Shown piece after piece: positions 24,560 to 37,005 of a DNA stretch of 64,000 nt. The DNA comes from Tubiluchus corallicola (lineage: Eukaryota > Animalia > Priapulida). Below the pieces are notes generated by a model. That model was not told where the DNA came from and made no database searches. It saw nothing but the letters and a program-made list of their open reading frames with translations. Location of the stretch: assembly GCA_030141605.1 (NCBI GenBank), contig JAQGDQ010000862.1:1-64000 (forward strand), written 5' to 3'. Both the position numbers and the translations under genes were made by a program. Each line of letters opens with the position of its first letter. The stretch's first letter is position 1.

Positions 24560-26950
24560 TTTAAAATTATTTGTTTAAAAATGATTTGTTTTGCAATCTT
24601 GCTAATGGCAATATGAATAGCGAATTACATTGGTGTGTGCGCTAGTGTTTTTCAGAACATTGTTCATTGTTGTAAGATTCTGAAGTGAAATTTAATTTGA
24701 ATTTGAGAGTAAAATGCACTCGAAAATGTTTTAATTATTTCTCCACATTCATTATTGGTTAGTACACATACACTAGAAGGTAAAACTATTTCATCCAAAT
24801 GTGTGGGTCACTGTAGAGCTTGGCAGAGATATGGTGCACTCGCATACGTGCTGGAGTAGTGAGTGTAGCGATGCATGCAAGAAAGCAATGATGCACATGA
24901 GAGCTCAATGGGTTAGAGTGATTGACAGCACGTGAGTGCAGCATGCATGTCTACTAATGACGGACGCTCCAATTAGGTGGATAGCATATGGTAGAGTATA
25001 TCAGCCCTCTAGTGCACAAAATCACAACTAACGCAACAGCTACAATATGTCACAATAAAAGGTCCATTACAAATCAACAAGTTAGCCAAGTTAATCAGAA
25101 CTGGTACACAGTAAATTTTTATACAATTAATGACCCAACAAATTATTACATTAAAGATTTTGGAACAACACAAAATTTGCCAAAAATTTTAACACTATTT
25201 TAAAAAAAATGTAGAAAGCAAACTGGAACACAGTCGTTACAGCGATGATCTACTGGTTCAGACTCAGACTTAGATTTAGTATTATGTATTTTAAATCAAA
25301 ATTAAAATGCAGTCTTTCAAGAAATGTTCTAATAGTAAAGGTTTGTCCTCATATAAAATGTCCTCAAATAAATGCAATAATCAGAAGTGCTTATTGTTCC
25401 TCACTTCTTTGCAGGAAAGCTTGTGTAAATTTAGAGGAATGTCGTACATTACTATTAACCTTGTCTGTGTTTGCTGTTCTTTATTTTACCTTTCCTAGGA
25501 GCGCAATTGAAGCTTTGAAATTCACCTGTGTAAATACTCTGCTATGTTTTCTTAAATCTTTCCCAGGTGTGTAATGCAGTCTTCGAAAATTTTCTGTTTT
25601 ATTTTCTTAACTCTTTCAATGGCATCATTCCCAGGTGTTCAGGCGTGGTTAATTTACACAAGATGTTAAAATGTGGGAAAATATTATTCTTTACTTCAGA
25701 GCCACTTTAACCCAGCTCAAAATCAATAAGAGAATTTGAATAAAACAGAATGTAAAGATTTTTTTGTTAACGTCTCTGAACACTTAAAGCTTTTTCCATT
25801 TTGTCCAAACAACAATTACTATAAAGCAGTCTCACCCTTTATTACCACAAGAAAAGCCAATGTTTGCTATACAAACACTTTGAAAAGCTTTTAGCCCAAT
25901 GTTTGCTATACAAACGCTTTGAAAAGCTTTTAGCCCAATGTTTGCTACACAAACAGTTTGAAAAGCTTTCAAATCTAAAAAGACATTCCTTTCAATCTTA
26001 ACAAAACATCTTACTGCCTGTTTCCCAGGGGGATATATTATTGCAAGCATAAACTTCCAACAAAAATAATAGAACACATCTGCGCTTTGACAACAAAGGT
26101 TTATTTCAAACGAAACTGCTTTTGATCTTCTGTAACTTATTGAAAATAATGGAAAATGAAAGGTTTACTTGAAAAGTAGCAAGGGAGAAAGTTATGCACT
26201 TTGTAAAAAGGTACCAACAAATTCTCACGCCTCTTCATTCTTACAACAAATTCTGGTGATTTTTCGTACTGAGAAAATAAATATGTGCGAAATAAAGGAA
26301 AATACAAGCCAACATCAGTTATATTTGCCAGTGTATCAAGAAAATACAAATTAATTTAAAAATCAGGTTTTTTGCCTGATTAAAATCATTAATTTTCTTC
26401 CCAGCAATTTAATAAAACATTTTGTCAAATAGCCTTTGCTATTATTTCTCCACTGTTATTTTTGTTTAGCGTACATACACTGGAAGGTGTAAATATTTTA
26501 CCTAAACATGTAGGTCTGTGTAGAGTATGATAGAGACATGGTGCACTCTCATACTCTCAAGGAAGGATTGATGCACATGAGCGGTCATGAGTAAGAGTGA
26601 TTGACAGTGCTTGAGTGCAGCATGCGTGTCTGGTAATGGCGGACATTCGAACTGGATGAATAGCTTTGATTAATGGTCAGTGGGCCATCTAGTGTGCAAA
26701 AGCACAACTAACGCAACAGCAGCAATATGTTACACAACAGCATAAAAAATTCATAGCAAGACAACAAGTTATCCAAATGAATCAGAACTAGTTTACAGTA
26801 AATTTTTAGATGATTAATGGCAAATTATTACTTCAAAGAATTTTGTGCACAGCAAAAAATTACCAAAAATGTTAACACTACATTAGGAAAATTGTATAAT
26901 ACAAACTGGTACAAAGTCGGTACAGCATGACTCTAACCTGTGGGTTAAAC
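24560..26950 (-). repeat. Inverted block of the same composite modules
   Basis: Reverse complements of C (24760-25030, 26470-26700), L, B (25620-26140); 25245-25560 is the near-exact inverse of 32320-32645. Confidence 0.88.
25855..25972 (-). repeat. 39-bp tandem repeat, 3 copies
   Basis: CCAATGTTTGCTATACAAAC.CTTTGAAAAGCTTTTAGC x3; 13-aa period in ORF 25832..26077. Confidence 0.93.
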
Positions 26951-28080
26951 TGAGCAAGTGACATAACACATAAGTGTCAAAAAATATTAGTGTACATTTT
27001 TGTGTAATACGTTGTCTTGTACAAATTTTATTTGTGTGCTCACGCAAGTGTAAGCTAGACTAAGCTATGTAATAGGCTAATCTGGCAAGATTGAATAGCC
27101 AATTTTCTCCTGAAAAAAATATTACCTAATTTTAATCTTTAGGTACAGTAGCGGAAAAGTCATAGGTATTATGTCACCTATTTTGAATGGTGCATTCGGG
27201 AACGAGATAAAGTTCACGGCTTCCTTTCTAATGAAATCCATGTCTGAAGTTTCATTTCCTTAGAGCATTTTATTCGGTTTTGTTCCTCAAGCTTTGGAAA
27301 AAAACAACTTTGTTAGCAGCAGCTTCTCTGAATATCATGTCGTTTCTGTGACTCTGAATTTCAAAACAATTGTGGCACGTGAAAAGCAAACAAATGCTGC
27401 CAAACAATAACTAAACAAACAAAAGGACAAAATTATGTTGGAAAACATGCCAAATCAATTTTCAGACTTTATCCAAAAATGGCATCTTCAAATTCCTCTT
27501 ACATGAACCACTAATAAAACATTAACAATATCGGGAAATCTAGTTACAGCGTTTTATTTTTGCTTATGTGCAAACATGAAATCTTACAAAGTATGTGTCA
27601 TTTGACCATAGATATTTATTTTGCAATGTAATACTTACATAGGCTGCGTCCATTTAATCAATTTAGTGATGCAAGTGTACAATACTCCGTCACGATGGCA
27701 TTAGTTGTGCTTTATTCTTTTAGAGTGAACATGTTTGCTTACGAAAAGCAACAAGATTAGGTTTAAAATATTTTCTTTTTATTTTCCTGAACTTTTACCG
27801 TTTTTCATATGAATATGTTAATTTTGTCAATTGAATACATGTGTGTCTTTCCATTGTAATCGTCTTTCTTACCTCACAAATTATTACTGTTGGTTCTTGA
27901 ACATTAAAAATTTTAATATTGTAATAGATTACATAATATTACTGTACTTGTCTGACATTATCTAATGTTGCTATTAAGAAATTCCTTTAAATATGGCTAG
28001 ATTTACTGTGCATGCCTGTTTTAATTATTATAAAAAAATTATTGGAGCTGTGCTGCTGCTTGTGTAAATGTAGTAAATTT

Positions 28081-28415
28081 ACCTGAAGGCCTCACTCAAG
28101 GAGCCCAGAATGGATATCCGCTCAATGGAAACCCTTGGACAAGATCGCTCAGCATGGCGGAGTGCCATCACCACAGGGGCTAAGACAGCAGAGGCGAAAA
28201 GAATTGAGGAAGCAGAGGAGAAACGCAGGAGACGCAAGGCACTGCCCAACAACAGGTCCAAACACCCAGCCTCACCTGTGCCAAATGCCAAAGAAGTTTC
28301 CAGGCCAGAATAAGCCTAGTCAGTTACTTTCGAGCTCATCAAAGAAACCCCTCAAACTGACCTTTTATTAATGTCACTATTGTTATCTTCGATTCTAAGG
28401 ACGAACATCATCAGT
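28081..28415 (+). mobile_element. Second copy of the RTE/BovB-like 3' fragment
   Basis: ETLGQDRSAWRSAITTGAKTAEAKRIEEAEEKRRRRKA; same upstream flank as the 8960 copy; ends ...TTCGATTCTAAGGACGAACATCATCA. Confidence 0.85.
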
Positions 28416-29611
28416 AAAATTGCACGTGCAGCAAACTATTATTATACTTGTATAGTGGTAAAATTAATAGAACAGTATTTTACAAAATGCGAATTGCAAA
28501 AAAATACTTTTCAGCTGTTAAGTAATGTCAGTTTGAGATGTAGTGCGCATGTGCTGAGGCGTGGGAGTTTAACATTTTTGTGATTTAGTTTCAAATAAAT
28601 TTTTCATTAAACTTAATGAACCAGCAATCTAGTTCTATGTGTGAAAATTTTGTGTTAAAATGTGCAACTGAAAATAAAAATCCCGCCAATATCTATGTAG
28701 TGGCGAATGAGTTTAGATTTGCATGAAAGAAGTAGTTTAAAGTAAAGACAGTTAGCGGTAAAAGCATTTAATCAATACTGATATTGTAATTGAGTTTTAA
28801 TGACAACAGGCTTGGTGCCTGGGGATTAATATTAGAAGGACAATCTCTGTCTTCAAGAAAGAAATCACTTAGAGTATGACCTTTTCATATGGATCCTCGT
28901 TTGGCTATGTGATTGAACATTTAAAATTGCCTGTGTCTTGTTCATACAGTTATTATTATTATGCAGCCTCGTCAGTATTAAGATGGTAAAAGAAATTGGT
29001 TTTTCACTCTTTGTTTCCAATACAAAGATTTTTAAAAGCTTTGAAGTAAAAAAAAAACTCAAGCTCAGTTATTGTGCTTATGAATCATTTTAATCTTATC
29101 AAAACGTGGCTTTACCCAAGCAGTTATTACAAACCTTATTTCAACGATTGCATATTAATTATATTTTAAATGAATAATACTATATCTACCTAGAACCATT
29201 TTTCTCAACTCTTTTGCGTACTCTTTAATTACTGCTGTTCATTAATTATTATTTTTTCATTTAATTCTGCAGTTACAACTTTCTTCTTCTTGTTTGATCT
29301 TTGTACTTTATTTCAGATTTTTCACACAAGTCGAACATGCACTGCCGCTTTTCCTAATATTGGTTTGGGCGCATCCCCTGTAAGGTTTTGTTTTATTTAA
29401 TCTTAATTCGGACTGACAAGTGGTTTAAATTTAACCCGTGGAATAGCGCTGGCACTGTGCTGACTGATCAGTTTGCATTCTGCATTTTTTATTGCACAAA
29501 AGTCTTTAAAGCAATAATTTATTGAATCATTAATCGTATAAAAATCTACTTTGTATCAATTCTGACTCACATGGGTAACCTGTTGTCTTGTAATAGAATT
29601 TCTACAGTGAC

Positions 29612-30670
29612 TGTAACACATCGTAGGTCTGAGGACTAATTTGATTAGTTGTTCTCTAAATTTTTGTATGAAAACAGAGGGATGCAGAGGGGTTCGAATA
29701 TTATTATCATGTTTATTTAGTCAGAACGCCAAATATATCAAACAATCAAGTGATTAATTATACAACAAATGTAGATAGTATTATTGCAAAAATCAATACG
29801 ACAAGGTATTAAATCGTTGCAATCATAGTATCGTTAAACAGAATAATAGATGCTATTATCATTAAGAAACTTAAGAAAATCACTTCCACTGGAAAACTCT
29901 ATATTCACTGGGTTAAACGAATCATTTACTTACAACATTATAATCATTATAATCATGTCATGGGTATTAGAAAGAAATGTTAGTGGGGCATATCTAAACT
30001 TGTGTACACAGGGGCGGCGCCACTAGCTCGGAGACGTCTCACAGCATAATATGCACGTTTCTACAAGCACCGTGCGGGAAAACATTCCAGATAAGACATT
30101 CTACCATACCAAACATACAGAGGATCAGTAAGTTTTAGTTTCACAAGATAGTGTTCGATTATATGTAACCTGCTTCACGAACCTCAAGACCACCCACAGA
30201 CTGGTTCCGCCACATTACGCTAGATGATAACGCTCTAGTACGCACTGTCAGACAGTTCTTTCACTCTGTGTTTCTCAATTATCACTTTTAACGCCATATT
30301 GTGTTACTAGTCTATAAGTCGGCTCATACCTTTGTGCTTTTGTGCTGACGCTAGCTCACCTCCGAACTTTCAGATCAGCAGCTATTAACAATCGTTAGCC
30401 TCCCAAACCTATCCGCAACAGTTGAATGTGGATTCGCAATGATAAAACCTCCATTTGATCCAACTGATCACCACTGTGTTCTACTACTTTAACTTTACTA
30501 GTTCTGCCATGTCTAATGTTAACGTCTTCAAAGAACAATCTGTCATTATCTTAGTAAACAGGAAAGTCAGAAACCAACAGAAATATCAGCCGTATATCTA
30601 AAACAAAATATTCATACCTCGACTGGCAGCAATATCTATTTAACTATGGCGTGAGAAAGTGACTCTTACA
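29612..30670. mobile_element. Solo LTR (1059 bp)
   Basis: TGTAAC...CTTACA termini; flanking GTGAC (29607-29611) / GTAAC (30671-30675) form a 4/5 TSD. It interrupts a repeat module that is continuous at ~11550-11590 and ~50720-50775. Confidence 0.82.
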
Positions 30671-33600
30671 GTAACAAATTGCAGTTGTTGCATTAATTTA
30701 CGATTTTGTACACCAGGTGGCTGACTGATGTTACATGATTGGAACGTCCGCCATTACTAGACACGCATGCTGTCAATCACTCTTACCCATGAGCTCTCAT
30801 GTGTATCGTTGCTACCATGCACGCATCGCTACACTCACTGCTCCAGCACGTGTGAGAGTGCACCTCGTCTCTGCCATACTTTGCCATACACAGACCCACA
30901 TGAACATGTTTGGGTAAAATATTTTCACCATCCAGTGTACGTACATTACTAATGATAAAGTCTGCCTAATGAAAACTTAAATGAATTCCAATCTTTGTCA
31001 AAGTATCATGTACTTAAATAACGCTAAGATTCAATGTATTTGCAACATTTATTGAAAACAACAAGTCAAATTCAAATCAACGAAAGCAATGCAGACGAAA
31101 ATTATTTACACAAAGGTATCTTGCATAGACTTATTTGCCTCTGATGTCGAGTGACCATAACCACATGAATCAAATTGAAACATACAATCTTACTAGTTTT
31201 GCTACTATTGACTTTCTACCAGATAATTTTTTCTGATTTTCCGTTATACATAGGATGCTTGCGTGTAATAACTACAGCTATTACGAAAAAAAACAACAAA
31301 ATCAGCACAGCACCATTCAAAACAGGTCACGTAAGAGCTATTAGCTATACCTTTTCTGCATGTGTGTTTCTGTATGCTACACAGCTATATTTGATATATT
31401 GTTTGATAATAACAAAAACCGCCATTATTAGACGAACAATAATTGTTCAGTTAATCACAAATAGTGCTGCATGGTTGTTATGAACCTTATTTTTTTCAGA
31501 CTTCACCAATTTGTCTGCTTGAAATAATTTAGCTCCCTGGGAGACACGCAACAAGTTGTTTTGTTAAGACTGAAAGGAATGTCTTTTAAGATTTGAAAGC
31601 TTTTCAAAGTGTTTGTATAGCAATCATTGGGGTAGAAGCTTTTCATGTGATAGTAAAGGGTGAGACTGCTTAATAATAATTGTTGTTTGGATAAAATGGA
31701 GAAAGCTTTAAGTGCTCATGAACGTTAACAAAAAGCTCTTTACATTCTGTTTTATTCAAGTTTCCTTATTGATTAAGAGCAGGGTTATAGTGGCTTTGAA
31801 GTGAAGAATAATATTTTCTCACATTTTAACGTCTTGTGTAAATTAACCACACCTGAATACCTGGGAATGACGCCAGGGAAAGAGTTAAGTAAAAAAAATT
31901 GAATGAACCGAATGTCCTATAACTGAGAAAGATTTTGGGACATTTTTGTTTTTCCAGTGAAAAATTAACATTTTGCCAAATGCAGCTGATACTGTTACAT
32001 ACGAAACTGTGTTAACCAGACATTATTTAAAATGCTGGGGGGAAAAATGTTTGTATATTATTTCAACGTCATTTCAAATCCTCAATTACATTCTTCAGCA
32101 AATTAGCCACCCAAGAACTGCTACCCCCTGTGAAAAGAAAAGAGCTTTAAAGTCTGACGCCCATAAATTTTCGTCTTGGAACTTGTTTTGTTTGAATTGG
32201 GTATGTGAAAAATTTATGAAATTTACTCTAAATCAGCCTAGGAGCCTAGGAAAGATGACACTGAAATAGCTCAGAAAATAAAGCAGAACAATGACACACT
32301 TAACCTTCAAAGCCTGCATTCCATACCTGGGAAAGATTTAAAAAACATAGCAGAGTATTTACACACGTGAATATCAAAGCTTGAATTGCGCTCCTAGGAA
32401 AGGTAAAATAAAGAACAGCAAACACAGACGAGGTTAATAGTAATGTACCACATTCCTCTAAATTTACACAAACTTTATTGCAAAGAAGTGAGTAACAATA
32501 ACCACTTCTGATTATTGCATTTATTTGAGGACATGTTATATGAGGACAAACCTTTACTGTTAGAACATTACTTTAAAGACCGCGCTCTAATTTGGATTTA
32601 AAATACATAATACTTAATCTAGGTCTGAGTCTGAACCATGAGATCATCGCTGTAACGACTGTGTTCCAGTTTGCTTTCTACATTTTTTTTAAAATAGAAA
32701 AGGAAATTTTCAGAAGCAAACCCAACAGTTTAAACATGTCGACTCAGGTGTGTGCTGGCAAACTGGCATAGTCATCATCACACCTGGAGTTTGTCATTAT
32801 TTGCCATTAAACAGTACCTAGCCAGGAACAGAGCCTAGAAACTAGTGGTGAAGACACTAGAAAACTGGTTACACCTTGCCTCTTGAGCCACATTACGCAG
32901 GCGAAAGTAAAAAACTGAATTTACGTCTAAATAAAAAATCAGGTGCTTTTATTGTTATTTTTCTGCCAAAAGAATCAGACGTATTACTTTAGAATTGTTC
33001 GACTTTGGCAGAGATTTGCATCCCATATGTTTTACTTTTATTATGGAAATCATTAGCGTTTATGTAACATTATGTGCCATTTTTTCCTGCGCCATTTTTA
33101 TCTTCCAAAGCTGCTGGTATTGTGATTGTCATTGCGGTTGTTATTGCTGTTTCTGTTGTTGTTGTTATTTAAAACAAATACAAGGTCAGGCTAAGTGTGA
33201 TTATGTTGTAGAGATAATCCATGTACTCAAATTTGTGACATAACTTTCTTACATATGTTCACGTATTTCTTTGCTACATGGTGGCTTTTGATAGTAACAA
33301 ATAAACAATGAGAGTGCAGGAAAAACTGCTCTCTAAGCAGCGATTACATGATTACATGATTACGCGATTACAGGAGCAGTTATATGATTACTAATCTTAC
33401 TTCAAGACTGCACACAAATTTTGATTTTAAATGCGTAATACTAAATCTACCTACTATCATTTACGTAATTGTTAGTGACGACTATTTGTTAATTATAATT
33501 TTTTACCATGCTACCATATTGTATGTGTTGTTTTAGTTGTGGTTTTGTACAATAGATGGCTCGCTGATATTACCCAAAGCTATTCAGCCAATTGGAGCAT

Positions 33601-35099
33601 CTGACATTGTTAGACATGCATGCTGTCAATCAATCTTACCCATAAGCTCTCATGTGGATCATTGCTTCCATGAACCATCACTGCACTCACTGCTCTCACA
33701 TGCGTGAGAGTGCACCATGTCTCTGCCACGCTCTACACAAGCTGCCTTTTTACATGTTCACAATCCTTGTGCACTAGCCAAACATGAATGTCGAGAAATT
33801 AACAATAATAATAACGATGAAAATCACTATGAAAATGACAATGATACCAATAAATAACATTTTAAAGTGAAAATGTTGGAATTTAGCCTGCATTTTTTAA
33901 CAATGTAATAGGGCTTTAGACTGCTGTATGCCACCGCATTTTGTCGTGGTCAAGGCAATCCAAAGTCATGATAATATTATACTACAAACCATAATAATAT
34001 ACCTATTGAATAAAGTGCAGGTTTAGGTGGCAAGTGACTTTTGACAGAGTATAGCATGACAATAAAAGATACAGTTGACCCAAAAGAGCGTAAACAGATT
34101 TTTTCAAGTTGTGCACTAGTTGAGCAGCTACAGCTGGTGTTGTCACAGAAGAATTGAATAATAGAAATCTTAAGTTCAATGACCAAATTTTTGGAAAAAG
34201 ATCAAAATTTGACTTCTCATGAAAGCAATTTACAAATTATAGCCACCATAGCAGGGCATAAGGCATACATATGTGTCCGCTCACTTATCCATCTACCTTT
34301 TAATCTATCTATCTATCTATAAACACAATTTATTTTAAGTGCAGTAGCATATGTGTGCTTGCAAATAAAAACCGTCCGTAAGTCGGCATAGCTAAAACTG
34401 CGTTACGATGCTTCAAAGTAGAAAGGTGTTATGTTTTTAGTAAAAGCAAATGCTATATTTCATGAACTTATATATTCGAGCATCATATTATCAGGAAAAT
34501 GTCCAAAAGATACTAAAAAGTTAATTTTGTAACCCTGTGCCCAATTCTCTGAATAGAAACTTGTACTGCAGTTGTAAAAAAACTCCTATTTTTTTAACTT
34601 TCATTGTACCTCGTGCATGCAAACATTTTGCTTCGAATTCTTTTTATTGACAAAATTATCCTCATGGAATGGAATTTCAGAATGTAAAAGCTGTAAAAGC
34701 TTCGTTGCCGACTTGTGGGCAATTTTTCTACGCAAGTACACATGGTAATTTTACTAATTTGGTTATTTCCAACACAAAATGTGCAGCAGACACATTTCTG
34801 TTTACAAAACGTGTGTACAATTCAAAAATATAAAGTAAGTAAAGTAATAAGTAAGATACAAAGATATAAGTAAATACAAAATAACAAGTAAAATCTATTA
34901 ACAAGATGTTTAGCAGACTCTATTGCAAAAATTTCAAGAAAATTCAGCTGGATTGATCACCTGGGTCATTGTAAAAAATTTTACATGAGGATTATGATTT
35001 GCGTAATTGCAATTTTTCCATGCTGTGCACCAGGTTAGATGACTATGGTAGGTCGTCTTGTGGAAAAGAAAAAAGCTAATAATAGAAAATAGCCCCAAG

Positions 35100-36692
35100 A
35101 ACAAAGCATTATTGCCGATAAAATTGCATATAAGCTTATGAACTGCAGGTCATATCAGTTCTGTGCTCAGATCGAAAAAGAAAGTAATTAAAAAATGACA
35201 CTTCCACCAATTTGTGACATGTAGGGTGATCTTTATCAGAATCTTCTTAACTCTGTTGATAACAGCAATCTTGCCAATGAATTACATGAAGTACTATCTG
35301 GAAACATTAATGAAATTAACAAATTTATGGGAGTTGAGGTACAGCAAGCCATTAAAAAGCTAGCATTGAATAGGTCAGCTGGGCCAGACAGTCTCAAGTC
35401 AGACATGCCTCTCACGTGTTACCAGTTTTATTCGCATTGTTTTATAACTCTTGTATCACTCATTATTTCTTACCAGACTAACTAATGTTATCAGTAATTG
35501 TGCCATTTAATAAAGACAAAAATAGAGATATAGCAGAAAGGAATAACTTTTGACTCATCACTATATCCTTGGCCTCTAGTAAACTTTTAGAAATCGTTGT
35601 ATTGACTCGTTATGCTGATGACTCGTTATGCTGATTGTCTCCCTGCCAACCAAAACAAGTTTGGCCCTGAATTTGGGTACTGATTTATGTATTAACATGT
35701 TAAAAGAAGTAGTAGACTATTATATAGACCGACAGAGTACTGCACATATGTTTTTAGACGGCACCAATGCCTTCGATAGAATTAATTATTTTAATCTGGT
35801 TTTAAAACTCATTGAAACTGAGATGCCAAATGTTGTTGTTTGTTTATTTGTTTTTTATTACACCCATCAAGACATGCTGGTGAGATGAGGCAATTATAAC
35901 TCTGAGATTTTTAAAATTGGCAATGGTTTATGGCAGGGAGGAAAGATGTCCCCTCTTCTGTTTAACTTCAACTTTATAGAACTTAGTGGAAATCTAGCCT
36001 CTAGTAATCTTGGATGTCAAATTGCAGATATTTATTACAATCATTTGACATACACTGACGATATTTGCCTATTAAGTACCATGACAAGTGCTCTGATAAA
36101 ATTATGTAATATGAATGTTGGTTATGCAACAAAATTTGATATTTTAATTAATGTTGACAAAACTAAGCTTGTGACTATAATGTCTTCTATTAAGAGCAAC
36201 TTTGAGTTCGGAACAGTTAAGTTTGCTGGATCTGTTATTGAGACTTGTGATAATATCTTGGTCACATCATTTCTAGGGACAACAGAGACGATCTAGATGT
36301 CATACGACAAGCAGACATTTATTACTCTCGAGCAAATAAGCTATGCCGTGAAGTTTACTATTGCACCAATGCTGTAAAAACACGTCTGTTTAATACTTAT
36401 TGTAATAGCGTCTACTGTGCAACCACCTGGCGGCATTTTCATAATTATAATCTGAACAAAATTAAGGTTGCTCATAATAAAGCAATGCAAAATTTTTTCA
36501 ATTATCAGTTTGACCACAGTGCCATGGACGTTTCTGTGACGCGTGAATTTCTGTGATATTCATTGATATAATGATTGAAGCCAATGCTGTTTACTTTGTT
36601 TGCTTTTATGTTTATTCACTTGTATTTTCGTTGTATCTATTTTTAATGTTGTACTTATATGATATGAACGAAAGTTAGAAATAAGGAAGTAA

Positions 36693-36695
<3 letters not shown>
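35100..36695 (+). mobile_element. Old 5'-truncated LINE remnant (RT and 3' end; RTE-X/L2-CR1-like)
   Basis: Decayed RT motifs RSAGPDS, SKLLEIVV, FLDGTNAFDRINY, NGLWQGGKMSPLLFN, YTDD, YLGHII; AT-rich 3' UTR followed by (TC)n. Confidence 0.85.
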
Positions 36696-36732
<37 letters not shown>

Positions 36733-36943
36733 CTCTTTCTTGCTTCTATATATTCGTCTATTTTATATTTTGTTTATCCATCTATGACTTATCCATGAGC
36801 AACACGACAGCATTCATGAAAATAGAAAATCTAAATAAACTTAACAATGTAGGCTTGAGATGTTTTCTTGAACGGAAGCATGATGCATCTAGTACAAATT
36901 GATCTACTAACTAGTGTTTATATTATGTACATAATTCTTAAAT

Positions 36944-37005
36944 AGTACAACATGCACATGGGGGCAGTAGATCAGTTTCACATGTTGATGACTTTCTATG
37001 AAGTT
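36944..37005 (+). mobile_element. Short piggyBac transposase fragment
   Basis: AGTACAACATGCACATGGGGGCAGTAGATC...ATGTTGATGA closely matches ~47938-48000 (YNMHMGAVD motif). Confidence 0.75.
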
